From: Octopus sinensis
Lineage: Eukaryota
Reading direction: 5' to 3'
NCBI RefSeq assembly: GCF_006345805.1
Contig: NC_043013.1
Span: forward strand, 41,044,001-41,108,000
Length of the DNA: 64,000 bases
Positions 62,931 to 64,000 of this stretch are shown in pieces. The notes beneath the pieces are model-generated. The model did no database searches. It was not told the origin of the DNA and saw nothing but the letters and a program-made list of their open reading frames with translations. Within the stretch, counting starts at the first letter, position 1, and each line of letters begins with the position of its first letter. A program made the translations under genes and the position numbers.

Positions 62931-63354
62931 TGGTTGAGAATGACTGTTTTTCTCTGCATGGCAGAAGCTGAACGGACAGAAGAGACACTTTACTCTTTGG
63001 TCAAGTCCTCGATTCTTTAAATTTCACTTAGTGAAAAGGAAGGCATGGAAGGAGGTGATACTCCCAGTAAATTCTTTAAAAGGTGGGTAGAAGTAACAAA
63101 AGTACACCCTTATATGTAGCAGTACCTCAACTTTTTATTTACTGGCTCTAAGAGTTGTGAAAAGAGGGCTTTGGAGACATTTTCCCGGTTTGAAACTTCA
63201 GCACATTACTATATTTGATAGTGATACAGTTAAAGGTTGATATTCTCTTATTGCTCCAGCATATCGGTTAAGAAGCCGCGGATTAAAATGAGATGTGATG
63301 TTTATGCCGTCCGTAATTTAATATACGTATGTTAAAGGGGAGCAATTTTTAGAG

Positions 63355-63560
63355 GAGTGCGGCAGGTCGATTACATCGACCCTAGTACTAGCATGGTGAT
63401 TTATTTTATTGATCCCAAAAGCATGAAAGGCAAATGTGATATCTTGCGGTATTTTAATTCAGAACAAAAATCCAAAACAAACGCCTCTGGGAATTTCGTC
63501 CGGCACTCGAACGATTGTTTCGGCTTGCCACTTTATGCTTTCCCTAATAGTTTTGAAATG
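63355..63560 (-). mobile_element. Decayed SINE family B
   Basis: gtcgattacatcgaccctagt..ttattgatcccaaaagcatgaaaggcaaa..gaatttcgtccggcac. Confidence 0.65.
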
Positions 63561-63659
63561 GTTATAAAAGGTATTTTTCTAATTGGAGATGGTTTAACTG
63601 GTGTAGTCAGTTCAAGATAACCATTTTCTCACTCACAAAAATATTTCATTCAAAGTGCC

Positions 63660-63809
63660 AGGTATCGTCTAATAGTGTGGAAGCACTCCGTCGGTTACGA
63701 CGACGAGGGTTCCGGTTGATCCGATCAACGGAACAGCCTGCTCGTGAAATTAACGTGTAAGTGGCTGAGCAATCCACTGGGCCATTGCGCCTCCACAAGG
63801 TATCGTCTA
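63660..63809. mobile_element. Short composite repeat insert flanked by a 12-bp direct repeat
   Basis: aggtatcgtcta at 63660-63671 and 63798-63809. The interior is a structured fragment (63675-63777) plus an inverted SINE-like head (ctgggccattgcgcctccaca). Confidence 0.5.
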
Positions 63810-64000
63810 TAATAAACTGCTAAATCATGTTTGTATAAAATGTAAAGTGAAATATATTTTTCATCGAGGGTGAAGATAATGTTTCGATGCAGAGATTGAC
63901 AGATCGATTTCATGCAATATATTTCATTAATCCTGGAATAATGAACGCAAAATTGACGAGATTTTAACTCAAAAGTACGAGACCAATGACAGTCCAACTC

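Overview
Eukaryotic, AT-rich, repeat-dense animal DNA. The tRNA-derived SINE families and the microsatellite load fit an octopod cephalopod best (inference). No intact long CDS, tRNA, CRISPR array or prokaryotic feature is supported. The window is a mosaic of decayed mobile elements: RTE, CR1/L2-like and L1/Tx1-like LINEs, Penelope-like, Gypsy, mariner, hAT-type and foldback MITEs, and a Helitron-like PIF1 remnant. It also holds about 38 copies of a 180-bp satellite (31.1-38.0 kb), two minisatellites and a large compound microsatellite. Highlights: (1) a 5'-truncated R2 retrotransposon (CCHC/RLE region plus 3' UTR) still joined to 86 bp of 28S rRNA that begin exactly at the canonical R2 target site, but located outside rDNA; (2) the 180-bp satellite monomer is homologous to the left end of a mariner family whose dispersed copies lie 14 kb away; (3) a CR1-like LINE with a Myb/SANT-like plus CCCH ORF1 region, apparently split by a 5.3-kb inversion; (4) a tandem pair of ORF1-only L1/Tx1-like elements; (5) a PIF1 helicase remnant followed by USP-like motifs; (6) a speculative chain of phase-compatible 53-57 nt exons on the minus strand. 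All alignments and translations were done by eye, and most boundaries are approximate (tens of bp).
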